NCBI GenBank assembly: GCA_013265495.1
Contig: MU057744.1
Span: forward strand, 372,001 to 436,000
Length of the DNA stretch: 64,000 nt
Direction: 5' to 3'
Source of the DNA: Vicugna vicugna
Taxonomy: Eukaryota
Shown here: in pieces, positions 26,318 through 38,759 of the stretch
How the letters are laid out: each line of letters starts with the position of its first letter
Position numbering within the stretch: the stretch's first letter is position 1
Made by a program: the position numbers and the translations under genes
Notes under the pieces: generated by a model
Seen by the model: only the letters and a program-made list of their open reading frames with translations
Database searches by the model: none
Told to the model about the DNA's origin: nothing

Positions 26318-26529
26318 TCGAGTTTCTCATCCGAGGCACCCCTGGCCTCTTGGGCCGTCACTCTTTGCTGTGGGGACTGTCCCGTTCAGGGGAGGCTGCT
26401 CAGCGACATCCCGGCCTCTCCCCACAAGATGCTGGTCCTCCTCCACGCCCGGCTGCAACAGCTAAGCGTATCTCCAGACACTGCTGAGTGTCCCCTGGGG
26501 GCAGCCTGCCCCAGGCGGGGAAACACGGC
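26318..26529 (+). mobile_element. MER20-like hAT non-autonomous element
   Basis: tttgctgtggggactgtcc...cagcgacatcccggcctctccccacaagatgc...tctccagacactgc...tgtcccctggggg. Confidence 0.7.
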
Positions 26530-27303
26530 TCTTCAGGAAGAGGAACTCCGCATCCTCAGTACCAGCAGTAACAAGGACGGCATATACCTGTTTACTGACC
26601 GCCTGCCACAGGGCAGCACGTTCTCAACATTCTACATCCATTCAGTTGTTTACTCCCTGAACAACCCTCTGAACTGGGTCCCTGCACAGAGGAGGAGAGA
26701 GACACAGTGGGGTTAAGCAGCCTGCACAAGGTCACAGGGCCACTGAGGGGCAGAGCAGGGACCCACATGCAGCCCCGCTGCACTCACAGGTGTCCGCCCT
26801 CATGCATTTAACTCCCAGGCGCGGCGGGGCTTCCCGTCCTGCTTGGGCCAGTCCTCGGACGCTGTCCATAAAGACCAGCCCGACAGCAGCTTCAGACCTT
26901 TCCGACTGTGCCCGACACTAGGCTAGTGCCCCCAGTCCTCAGAGTCCCAGGCTCTCCCCTGGGTCCTGCCCACGCTGCCTCTCAGTAGAAGAGCTGGACT
27001 CTCACCCGTGACTTGCTTCAATCCCAAAGAAGCCTGCTGACCAGTCAGTGCAGACCTCTGCTTACAGCTCTGCCGGGGACGCAGTAAGTTACAGCAGGGC
27101 CATGTCAGCTCTTCCTCCCCGACTCTCACGAGCTGCTTTAAGGGCAGGGATCTTTGAACTATGTCATTGTACAGCCCCGGTGCTCTGCACAGACTCAGCT
27201 CTCAATAAACAAGTCAACAAACCAAATGGCTTCCTTCAAAAACAGATCCAACACTTGGCCAATGCTACTTAGTTGAGCCACTATTCTTAACTAAGAGCTA
27301 CCA

Positions 27304-27394
27304 GGGGGAGGGTACAGGTCAGTGGCAGAGCACGTGCTTAGCATGCACGAGGGCCTGGGTTCAATCCCCAGTACCGCCAATAAAGAAAAACAAA
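27304..27394 (+). mobile_element. tRNA-derived SINE (Vic-1-like), short form
   Basis: ggggagggtacaggtcagtggcagagc...ggttcaatccccagtacc + A-rich tail. Confidence 0.85.
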
Positions 27395-27712
27395 GAGATA
27401 CTTTTGATAGTACATACTTCATTTAACAAAGAAAAAATTCATATATGAGATTTAGAAAGGATATAACACGAATGGCATTCTCATATAATGCTGACAATTA
27501 CTCAGATTGATTAAAAACTGCTAACTGTCCTCGAGAAACAAATCCTGTGCCTCAAAACTGTGTATAAATTTGAGCCAACAATTCATCCTGATAACCACCA
27601 TGTACACAAGCATGTCAGGACGCTCACCACAGTCTTTTTTATAACTGAGAAACTGGGAAATTTTTTACAGTATGTTTTAGTTCTGCTTTTATTTCACATT
27701 TCAAAAAAATAA

Positions 27713-27834
27713 TTTTTCTTTTTTTTGAGAGTAATCAGGTTCATTTATTCATTTATTTTAATGGAGGGACTGGGGAGTGAGCCCAGGACCTCGTGCACGC
27801 TAAGCACGCGCCGTACCAGAGCTACACCCTCCCC
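27713..27834 (-). mobile_element. tRNA-derived SINE (Vic-1-like)
   Basis: Reverse complement of the same family, with poly(T) at the left end. Confidence 0.85.
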
Positions 27835-28577
27835 TACTATTTCACATGTTTTTAAACAGAAGTTCACATATAGGTGAGACAAAGGAGCTCCCTTTGACAC
27901 TTATGGAATTAACACATAGTTTAACTACTAGTACTCAGCTCCGGAGGGCCACAGCATGTTATAAAACGTGTGATTTTGCTGTTGCATAAACATGGACAGC
28001 ACCCCCTCCCTCCCCACGAAGGGCGGCAGGAAACTGTGTCCTGGTTAGTGCAGGACCTGTCCACCATCGAGCTCTCGCATCTTAACTCAGCTCCGATACT
28101 GCCGGATGAGCCCCAGCGCTGAGCTACAGTGACCACCAGAGATGACCGGGAAACTGACCCCCACTGCGGTTCCAAAGCCCTGGGCTCAGAACTGCCCTCA
28201 GACTAGACCGGAGCAGCCTGGAAAGCCCGAGGTTGACGGACGAACGATCTGTAACACACTGGGACGCAGCCGCATTCCGGTTAACTCCAGGCCTGATGAG
28301 GGCACCTGGCAGCTGAGATGGTCTCCAGCACACATCTCCTTAAGACTGGACCGAGAGCTACAGTCTTGTTTCAAATATCCTCCACATCTCAGAGTAGTTT
28401 TATTAACCCTGGAGATGTGGCTGATCGCTCTGCTGTTATCTGTCTGCACTTCCCTCCACCCCGACGCCTTAGATCCCTAACCATCTGCTTTACTCCAGTG
28501 GCAGCTGTGTCTGGTCCATCAGCACACCTACGACTGTCCTTTGTCGTTAAGGCAGGCACGTAGTCCCTGGCCCACTA

Positions 28578-28958
<381 letters not shown>

Positions 28959-30189
28959 TCAGTCACAGCAGATGCAACGGGTTTCCAAACAGCTTGTGGC
29001 TCGGTCAGCTAAACTCTCAGTGGCCCCAACCATGGTTACGGACATGGTTCCACTGTGGTTTCGGAACCACATGGGTTTTCTAGTGCAATCATGGTTATTA
29101 AACAAAGATTTAAGACACGAAAGTTGTCAAAAAGTTCTAAGACACTAAATATATAACTCACATAACCTCAAAAAAAGCCACCTTACAATGAGGAGCATTA
29201 GGAGCAGTATAAATACAGTGTTATTAAATCAAGCCGACTACCAGGCTTAACCCCAGAGAGTTAGGAATAAACTGAAAGATTAGAGATTTCTACATAGAAC
29301 AGAGGTACCCAGGAATCTCCCTTCAAAAGCACCCTTTAGAAGAAAAAAAACAAAAGCGAAAAAGGGAACACAAGAGAGGGCTGACTGTCTCTGTCTGTTG
29401 TTTTCTTTGGGTCCTTTCTCCCTGTTTTAGGCAAGAATATCTCCTTATTCTCAAGCCTACTCTTAGATACCAATTTACCACAGGGGAAGCTTCTGTTAAA
29501 GCTATCAAGGCCACGCAGAAAGTCAGAATGAAGGGGGTTTTAATAAATTATGCATGTTTCTTTCATTAACATCAACTCTTGGCAATGCTGTGGTAAGACT
29601 TTTTACATGGTGACAACCTGTGAACCCAGAAGGGTCTACCTTAGATTACGCCTTTCTTGAGGACAAGGATTAACCTCTCCTTGGTTAAAAATAAGGCAGC
29701 TCAAAGTTAAATCAACATGATCAAAAACTACGTCTGAATCAAACCACTTGACCGAAAAGCACTGTGCATGGTTCAGAAAAGCCTACGTACACTACAATTA
29801 ACTGCCAAATTCAACACTGATGCTACTTGCTAGGTAAGGCTGACGGTGGAATTCAGAGTGCTGCTGTTCCAGTCACCTGTCTGAGCTTCGGTGTCCATGA
29901 AACCCTCAACCACAAGAATACACGAATGCAGGCACTTGAGTAACATGATACAGCTTTTCTGGCAGGAACCATCAGTGAGCGCTGCTCCCAACCTACATTT
30001 ATATTTATGTCATTAAGCACACTTACAAAAGACACAGGCTCTTTAGAGGACGAAGGAACAGGACAAACTGCAAACAAATTTAATCGTAAACTGATCTGTG
30101 TTTATCGCTGACTCTAATACTGTTATCCGTCAGTAGCAATCAATGTTAATAATACATAAACATTTTTAAAGATGCCTTAAAAAAACTGA

Positions 30190-32970
30190 ACAGAGTTCTG
30201 CTTCCAGGGATATAAAGTTCTCCTACAGATAGCAATTATGAACAGTAGATGAAACATTTTAAAAACTGATCTGAAGGCACTGGAATGCACACAAAGCAGG
30301 CAGAAACTGGAGGAAAATCAATACCAAGAAGATGAGAAAGACACTGGGTGCGTGTGTCCCCACTCGTTTTCTTTAATGGCTTTTTGTCTGAGGCACACCT
30401 CAGGGGGCTAACTAAACATCCGAAAAAAACAAACAAACAAAAAAGAAAGCTGCAGCCTTTCTGGCTACAAATCAGAAGACAGAGCAGTGGCAAAAAGATG
30501 AGCTAACAATGAGGAAGAAAACCCCAGAAAGGAAGGAATCATAGAGAAAGCTCTGAACTCTTCGTATAAATTCTATCCTTACCTGTGGCTGACTCAGAAA
30601 TGCACATTCAAAGAAGAATCCAAGTGCCCGCCGTCTAGGTTCAAATGAACAGAACAGAGATTTCAGCCACTGCCCATTGCAAGGAGACAGGACTGAGAGC
30701 CTGAGCCCAGCTAACTTAACTGCTACAAGAAACAAAAAAATCAACACTCCTCAAAGAATAAGAGGATGCAGAGATCCTACAATGAACCATTCACAATACC
30801 CAGGATACAACCCCAGGTTACTCGATATAAAACAGGAAAGTGTTACCATACTCGAGAGGAAAGGTAATCAATAAAGACAGGCCAAGATGACTCAGACTTA
30901 GAGCAGCAGACAGGATTTTAAAGCCGTTAAGCACAGTTAAGGTCAAGGCCATAGAGAACATATGTTCAAACTGAACTCAGAAAAATACAAAATTTAGAAA
31001 AACAGGAAATTTTGGAAAAATAGAAACTTCGAGAATTAAATGTAAATTTTAGAACTAAAATGTACAGTATCTAAAAAAAATCATTGGCTAGGCTTAAAAG
31101 ATTTGAGGTGACATAAGAGTCAGTAAACGTGAATATACATGGACAGAAATCAAATTTCAAATCAAATTTGAAAAACAGAGGGAAAAAAACTGAAAAAAAT
31201 GAACAGTCTTATGACCTGTGGGGCAATATGAAAAAGTCTACCATACATGTAAGTGGAATCCCAGAATGAGTGGGGTGAAACGGGTTAAGAAAAACCCAGC
31301 AAAAACACACTACTGTACAACACAACCAAATTGCTTAAAACCAGTACATATGAAGAGAAAAACTCAAGAGCAGCCAGGAGAAAACAAAACCAAACCCACA
31401 CTGCATACATCATACACCAGAACAACCACCCGAAGGCAGACTGACTTCTCTCCAGGAAACACAGAGGCCAGAAAACACGGGAGTGCTATCTTTAAAACAC
31501 TGGAAAGTAAAGAAGGCAACCCAGAATTTCAGTATCTAGAAAATACCCACAAAAATAAAGGAGGGGAAGAATAAAGGCAAAATAAAAACATTTTCAGAAA
31601 AATGAAAACTAAGCAAATTCATCACCAGCAAACTTGCACTGTAAGAATTAGTAAAGATTATGATTTGGGCTGAAGAAGGTATCAGATGGATATTCAGGAG
31701 GAATGATGAACAACAGAAATGGTAAATAAGTGGGCAAATATAAAAGATTTTTTTCTCTAAATTACTTTAATATACATTTAGCTTTTTAAAGCAAAAACCG
31801 TGGCACTGTCTCGTGGGGTTTATAGCACACAGAGATATAAGGCATACGATAACCAGAGCAAAGAAGACTGGGGGCGGTAAATTGGCTTATACAAGGCTCT
31901 TACATTTTATATGAAGTTATATAACATTAACTTAAAGAAGATCAAAAAGCTTAGGATGTGTACTGTAATTCTTATGTCAACCAGACACAAAAAATTATAG
32001 TACAAAGAGCTATAGCTAAAAAGACAACAGAGAGATTAAAATGGAATTCTAAAAAAAATCCAATTAACCCAAAAGAAGGCAGGAAAGGAGGAACAGAAAA
32101 ACAAAAAGTAGAACATACAGAAAACAAATAGCAAAATGAAAAACTGAAATCCAAACACTTTAATAATTGCATTAAATGTAAATGGAATAAACACTCCATG
32201 TAAAAAGCAGAGATTCTCAGACTGGATAAAAAGGAAGACCTAACTATATGTTGTCCACAAGAAACACAACTTCCAGCAATATATATAAAGAATAATACAT
32301 CACACTCAAGAGGAATACACGGTTGGATGAACACTCCAAAAGTTAATAAACGTAATTCATCACAGTAACAGAATAAAGGAGAAAAACGCTGGAAACATTC
32401 CAGATGCCCATCAAGACTAGATAAACGTTGTACATTGTTGGAATACAACTTAGCAATTCAAAGAAGGAAAAGGAAAAATGTACTGACACATACAATGACA
32501 TGGATGAATTTCAGAAATATTATGTTGACTGAAAGAAGCCTTACCCAAGAGAGTGCTTAGTGTATGACTCTATTTACATATGAAGTAGGATCCTACAACA
32601 GGCAAAACCAGTCAATGGCTGGGGAAAAAAAAAACTGGTTGCCTCCAGGGAATAAGATGAGGTGACAGGAGTTTAGATTACACAGATTTATAATGTTCAA
32701 AAAACTGAATGCACATTACACTGCATGTAAAATTTTAAAACCATAAACAAATATTAAAGCCTAGTTAATGATATGCTCACCAAAGTGTTCAGGGCTGAAG
32801 GGTACCGAGGCCTGCAACTTACTCTAAAATCCATTTTTTAGAAAAGACGGATTGATGAACGACCACAGATATAAAGGAAATACAGCAAACTGTAACTATT
32901 GTATACATCAGCTGGTGGATATATGGATGCTCACTGTGTAATTCTTTCAAGATTTACGTAGTTTAAAACC
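30190..32970 (+). mobile_element. Ancient, heavily decayed LINE-1 (5' region, ORF1, endonuclease start and 3' pieces)
   Basis: A-rich plus strand; ORF1-like remnants near 31200-31650; endonuclease start attgcattaaatgtaaatggaataaacactcc near 32165; old 3'UTR motifs at 32390-32950. Confidence 0.7.
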
Positions 32971-33456
32971 CAGAAACAGGTCTTCTCAAGTACAGTTCCT
33001 TGTTACACACCTTCAGATACACTCTGGGAACAATCACATTTCCCCAAACATCAGCAACAGTAACCCCAGTTGTTTTAAATTTTTATTCCCTCTACACCCT
33101 TATTACAAAAAAGGTTTGAAGCAGCTGTTAGTCTGTGTTATGGTGACAGACTTTTAAGGTTGGAAGAAAGAGGCAGTAATACTTGATTATACCTACAAGT
33201 CCAAAACTTATATTTATTATCAACTTGTGAAACTCTTTAGACTTTAGGGGATTGTCCAACTCCTCCTTCCCTAGATGTAACACATTTACTCATTGGTACC
33301 CTCTCCCCAGACCAGCACTGTAACACATTACACCATCATGTGTCTAATCGACAAGGAAGAAAGGTGCAAGTCTCCCAACCTAATAATTGCCATGAGGAAA
33401 AGCTGACGGTTTTGAAAAAGAAAAATGGGGAAAAGCGTATACAAAGCAGTACATAC

Positions 33457-33650
33457 CTCCTGATCTGCCTGGTAAAGCTTGACAGTGATGTTCCTCTGGA
33501 AGCCCCCATCGCTGGCGTCATAAAACACCCCGAGACTGGTAATGACGATTGGATAGAGAACGCGGAAGCTCACGCTGACGACTCGGTCCTCGGAGAGCTC
33601 TGATGAAGTGTCTTCGGAAAGACTGAATGCTTCAATTTCCTGATTCAAAA
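33457..33650 (-). CDS. B3GALNT2: B3GALNT2 exon 4
   Basis: ttccgtag| ... GAG|gtatgt; [64 protein letters not shown]; 194 bp. Confidence 0.96.
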
Positions 33651-34184
33651 CTACGGAAGCAATGAGAAAAGGAGTCTTACATAAAGAAATACACTATTTT
33701 ATTTTACTAATATGAAGTAATGAAGTGGGCTTGATAGCAAAATCTAGATAATTATTTGTTATACAATTCTTTCACAAATGGCAATACATTTTTAAAATGT
33801 TTCAGAAATATGGCTGCTTCTGGGGCAGGGGGTAAAATTTGTTTTAAAATTTAAGAATGAAATTTTCAGCCACATCTAAGTAGAATATTTAATTATCAGA
33901 ACTACTGTAACAGATTTTTGTACACACACGTATGCATGTGTGTATACAAACGCTACAGGGAATATTAAATTTAAAGGCACCTATTAGGAAAGGCTAAATG
34001 GGAGTACTCACTGTAGTCATAAATAATGAGTAAATTCTGTCTTGTCTGCAAATTCCCAAGATCCTACTTCTTGTTGAGCACTTTTTGTAGTGTTGGGCAA
34101 TTACCACAGTACAAAAATAACAAATCACTTCAACACTGAAAACCTCTTGCTATATACTATCAATAAGAGATAAGCACAGCAAAC

Positions 34185-34395
34185 ATGGTGAGCATTTCTG
34201 ACCCCTACTTGGTGTTAAGTCCCAACACATTTAATTTTCACAACTACCCTATGTGGTCGTGACCTTATCTCCAGGTCACAGATTAAGACAATGAAGTCCA
34301 GAGACGTTAAGTAATTCGATCAAGGTCATAGGAAGTGGCAGAGCCTGGATTCAAATCCAGATTTACTGCCTTCAAATTTGAAACTCTTTCTATTC
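34185..34395 (-). mobile_element. MIR SINE
   Basis: cacaactaccctatg...gttaagtaattcgatcaaggtcata...gtggcagagcctggattcaaatccag. Confidence 0.7.
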
Positions 34396-35711
34396 CCCTG
34401 CAGTTGTCTAATCAAAGCCCAAAACACTTCTTTTCAAATAATTTTCTCAACTACCATAAACAGATCAGGAGATATTACATGAGGCACTTAATATGGCTGA
34501 GAATATCAGTGCCACCTTGAGAAATAATATAAAAACTTATTTTAAAAGATTATTATATCAAAGTTCTTTGTATTTCTTAGATCTGTGGTTTTCCAACTTT
34601 GCAGATCACACAACCTCATCAGTTAAAAACATTTGTACACATACTCATATTTATTTACAGAATATACACATTATTATCAGTTAATATATTCAATATTAAT
34701 AAAGATCACATTTTATTTTCAGATAATTTTATTTTCAGATAAACAGAAACTGTTTTCTTCCCACACCCCAGTGGATCATTTAGATCCCTAGAATGCTATT
34801 TTACACTTAGTGGATGCTCAATAAAATGTGACTAAATGGAATTGATGGCTCCTACCCAATTACATACATAAGCAGGAGGGAAAAAGGAGGATACAGATTT
34901 CATCACAGGCTGGGGAAGCACTGGCCGGAGAGTCTAGACTCCAAATACACTGGACAACAACAAAAGCTTTTCTCTTTAATATAGTCGGTAAAGAGGATAC
35001 CCAAGCTGAAGCATGTCTACTAGAGGCAGTAGGTTAAGCACATTATGACATGCAACCTATTTTCTATATAAAACAAATGTACCTTGAACTTCAAGCTCCC
35101 TGGACACAAGGGATCCTGCTGTTTCGACAATGCTATTAATCAGAACTTTGATACACCCTGAGTATCTTGATGACTAATGTTCATGATGACCTTAAGGTAC
35201 TGAAGGAAATCTAAATGCTATTTAAATCACCAAAAAGATAAAATTAGGTTCAATCTTAATTTAGTTATACCTATTTTAAAAAGCTGGTAACCTAGGTATT
35301 ACATATATGAAAATTTTCTATTAAAGAAAAGCTTCACTCCTTTACTATTAATGAATAGTAACATTTAAAATAAAAGTCTGGTTAATTTGAAGGTAAGGTT
35401 TCTTTAAATTTGGTTTGGTTTGGTTTTGGATTTCAAACATAATTTGTTCTAAGCTACTTTTACATCATTAGTAATACAGCATTTTGTTAGGTTCCTGATC
35501 CCTTTGGGCTCCCAGTGAAAAGCTAAAGGACTCTCTCCCCTAAAAAACACAATTACACACAAAATTTTAACATTGAATGATGTGAGCTAAATTCACAGAC
35601 CTCCTAAGTAAGAAACCTCTGCTGTACAATAGACCTGAAAATTATAGTCCCCAATTCATTAAAAAAAAAAGCTGATTGAAACACAATTTATAAAAAGACA
35701 AGTTCCTTAAA

Positions 35712-35948
35712 ATAACAATAAACACTTATCATGTCCCAGGAATTATTCTAAATATTTTACATGTATCAACTAATTTCATCATCATGTCAATCCCTTACGA
35801 GTAAGTACTTTTACCCCAGTTTATGGAAGATGAAACTGAGGCACAGGGGTAAATAACTCTTTGAGGGTCATACAGCCGGAAAATGGCACAGCCTATACTT
35901 AAGCCAGGAAGCCTGACTCCAGAGCCCAAGCTCTTAACCACTATACTA
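35712..35948 (-). mobile_element. MIR SINE
   Basis: MIR core gatgaaactgaggcacag...ggtcatacagc...ctgactccagagccc...cttaaccact. Confidence 0.8.
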
Positions 35949-36676
35949 TCGCTGCCTGCAAAAGCAAGGTGCGGATGATTACATAGGTGTGGCAAACCTT
36001 AAAACACCTGAAGTCATAATCAGCACATGTAAGATTTGGAAAAGTTTAAGCTCCCTTAGAACCACAGCTGAACATAATGGGAAATACTAATAAAACAGAC
36101 AGATACAGTTATCAGCTTCCTAAAACTGGTTCCCTGGTAACAGAGAACCTAACTGGGATCATTCTTCATCCTCATCAGAACTCCCACAAGTTTGTTTTTC
36201 TAACTGAAATATAGTTAGTTAAAAAATTTGTGGAAATTGACGTAATATATAATTGCAAGGAATAAAAATTATCACCTGTGTCTTCTATGTTTCTTTTTAC
36301 AATGTGTTTTACTATGTTTCTTTTGCAAGAGCTTAGGCAATAATTCTTAGAGAAAGTTAATTACAGTATTTGTATCAAGGGTATTATAAATCAACAGGCT
36401 GGTGAAATCAGCAGTTTTCCATAAGTTTAAAATTCAGTAATTCAAGATTTAGTTATGCATAACGATTTCCAGATGCATCTGAATCATACTAAAAAATAAA
36501 CTCTCCTGGATCCTAAAATTACACATATCTATAAAGAATCTTCACAGATGCCCAGAGTGTTTAGTCTGTCTGTCAAAAAGGATGAAAGATAAATTTTCAT
36601 GAAGGTTCGATTTTAGTCTGCTAAAAATAGACCACTGTACTCTCCAGCTCAACTTCTTCTCGACATCAAACTTGTA

Positions 36677-37489
36677 CAGTAGTCCTCCCCTCTGGTCGGC
36701 GGTTTCACTTTCCAAGGTTTCAGACACCCACAGTCAACTGTGGTCCGAAAGCATTACGTGGAAAATTCCAGAAATAATTCCTACATTTTAAACTGCAGGC
36801 TGTTCTGTGCAGCATGACAAAATGCCTGGCCATCCAGCTCTGTCCCACCTGTCCTGTGAACCGTCCCTCTGTCCAGTGTATCCCACCCACCGACACTCAG
36901 CAGCTGTTTGTGTTAGCAGATTGACTATCAGAACGTCCGGGTGCCTGCGTTCCAGTAAGCCTTGTTTTACTTCAGTGAGGCCCCAAAGCACAAGAGCAAT
37001 GACGCTGGCAGTTCGAATATACCAAAGAGAAGCCATAACATGCTTCCTTTAAGTAAAAAGGTGAAAGTTCTCCACTTAATAAGGAAAGAAAAAAAAAATG
37101 CTGAGGGTGCTAAGATCTACAGTAAGAACAAATACTCTATCTGCGACATTGCCAAGAAGGAAAAAGACATCTGTGCTAATTTTGCTGTCACACTCCAAAG
37201 TGCCAAAACGACGGCCACGTGTGTGGTAAGTGCTTAGGTAAACAGAAACGGCATTACATCTGTACAATAAGCTATTTTGAGAGAGAGACAATATCACATA
37301 ATTTTTATTACAGTCTGTCTTTACAACTGTTTTATTTTATTATTTATTGTTGTCAATCTCTTAGACTTCATCCCAGTCTGTCTGTATAGGAAAAGACATA
37401 GTACCCGCAGGGTTTGGTCCTATGCAGGGTTTGAGGCATCTAAAGTGGGGTCTTGGCCCGGGTCCCCAGTGGATAAGGGGGCACTAGTG
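36677..37489 (+). mobile_element. Tigger7/MER44-type DNA transposon deletion derivative
   Basis: TA|CAGTAGTCCTCCCC ... GGATAAGGGGGCACTAGTG|TA TIRs with TA TSD; internal transposase HTH remnant (KRSHNMLPLSKKVKVLHLIRKEKK). Confidence 0.85.
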
Positions 37490-37527
37490 TATATGGAGTC
37501 GCAGGGCTGAGGACAAGGAAGACTCAC

Positions 37528-37628
37528 CTAGGTTGGTGATGTTTAGGAGTCTGCAGGAGTAAGGATCCTCCCTGTCTTCCACAGGCACTTGGCAGCCACG
37601 AGCACCTATTACGAACTTCACAAGCACA
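37528..37628 (-). CDS. B3GALNT2: B3GALNT2 exon 3
   Basis: ctcttag| ... CTAG|gtgagt; [33 protein letters not shown]; 101 bp. Confidence 0.95.
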
Positions 37629-38013
37629 CTAAGAGACGCGTTGACGTTAATAGCGGTCATTGATCTTCTCCTTGCACACACACATTTCCTCAGGCCCATT
37701 TCATTTTACTTTCAGACACAAGTATTTATTAGGATTAAATCTAACTGCTTCTATTCTAGCAAAAAGGGGAACAAGCAAACCAAAAGTTGCTAACTACCAA
37801 ATGACTCACGCGTAAGCCCTCTACTGCGGTACTATATTGAAGTGAGCGTGAAGCTGTCTGGCCTGGCCACCAGCAAAGGCTCATGTCTTTTCAAGGCAAA
37901 CTACAGCAAAGTCAACTTCCCCTGCCCATACCTACAAACACATCTGTATCTGCAATATTCTTTACTGGCTTTCTTCTATTTCAGAAAGTGTTCCTTTTGC
38001 TCAAGATTAGTCT

Positions 38014-38132
38014 TTCTTTGTTTTTTGGGGGGGGTAATTAGGTTTATTTATTTTTAGTGGAGGTACTAGGGATTGAACCCAGGACCTTGTGCATGCTAAG
38101 CACACACCCTACCACTGAGCTACACCCTCCCC
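38014..38132 (-). mobile_element. tRNA-derived SINE (Vic-1-like) with perfect 14-bp TSD
   Basis: TSD ctcaagattagtct at 38000-38013 and 38133-38146. Confidence 0.92.
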
Positions 38133-38759
38133 CTCAAGATTAGTCTCTCTGTCCAAGAGGAGGTCCCCTCCTCTCCTCAACCTTGCTTCACTAGCTACCT
38201 GTGCCCCCAGCTCCTTCCCTACACATTATAAATATGATGAAGCCTGGACATTAATTTCTGTTACCTACCATCCCTCCTGGCCCCCATCCTTTCTTTTACA
38301 GTGAAGTACTACAAAAGAATAACTAAAACTGCAGCCTCTAGTTGCTCATGTCACAAAGCAGATTTTGGCTTCAATACCCACCGTTCCCACTGAGACGTCC
38401 ACCACCAGTATAGCCAGTGACCTGCTGCTAAGTCAGCAGACACTGTCCAGCCCTCGCCCTCGCGGCTTCCTGCGGCTCTTGGAAGAGCTCGCTCCCTTCT
38501 CCATGTGGCCGCCCAGCGGGCTTCCGCAACTGTCCTCGCCCAGCTGGTCCAGTGCGAGTGGATATGACCCCGGGGCTTTGCCCTGGGACCTCTTCTCACT
38601 TTACTCACTCTTTTCACTCGCTCTTGCTGAACAATTATTATTCCCAAGGCTTCAACTAGACTGAGAATGATTCCTGAATTGGCATCTCTAGTTTGGCCTC
38701 AGCTTCTAAGTAAAAGACCCATCAATTCATGGTATATCTTCACCCAGATGGCCCACAGA

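Noticed and set aside
28382..28420. Small hairpin ccacatctc...gagatgtgg
   Set aside because: Only a 9-bp stem, expected by chance in 64 kb.
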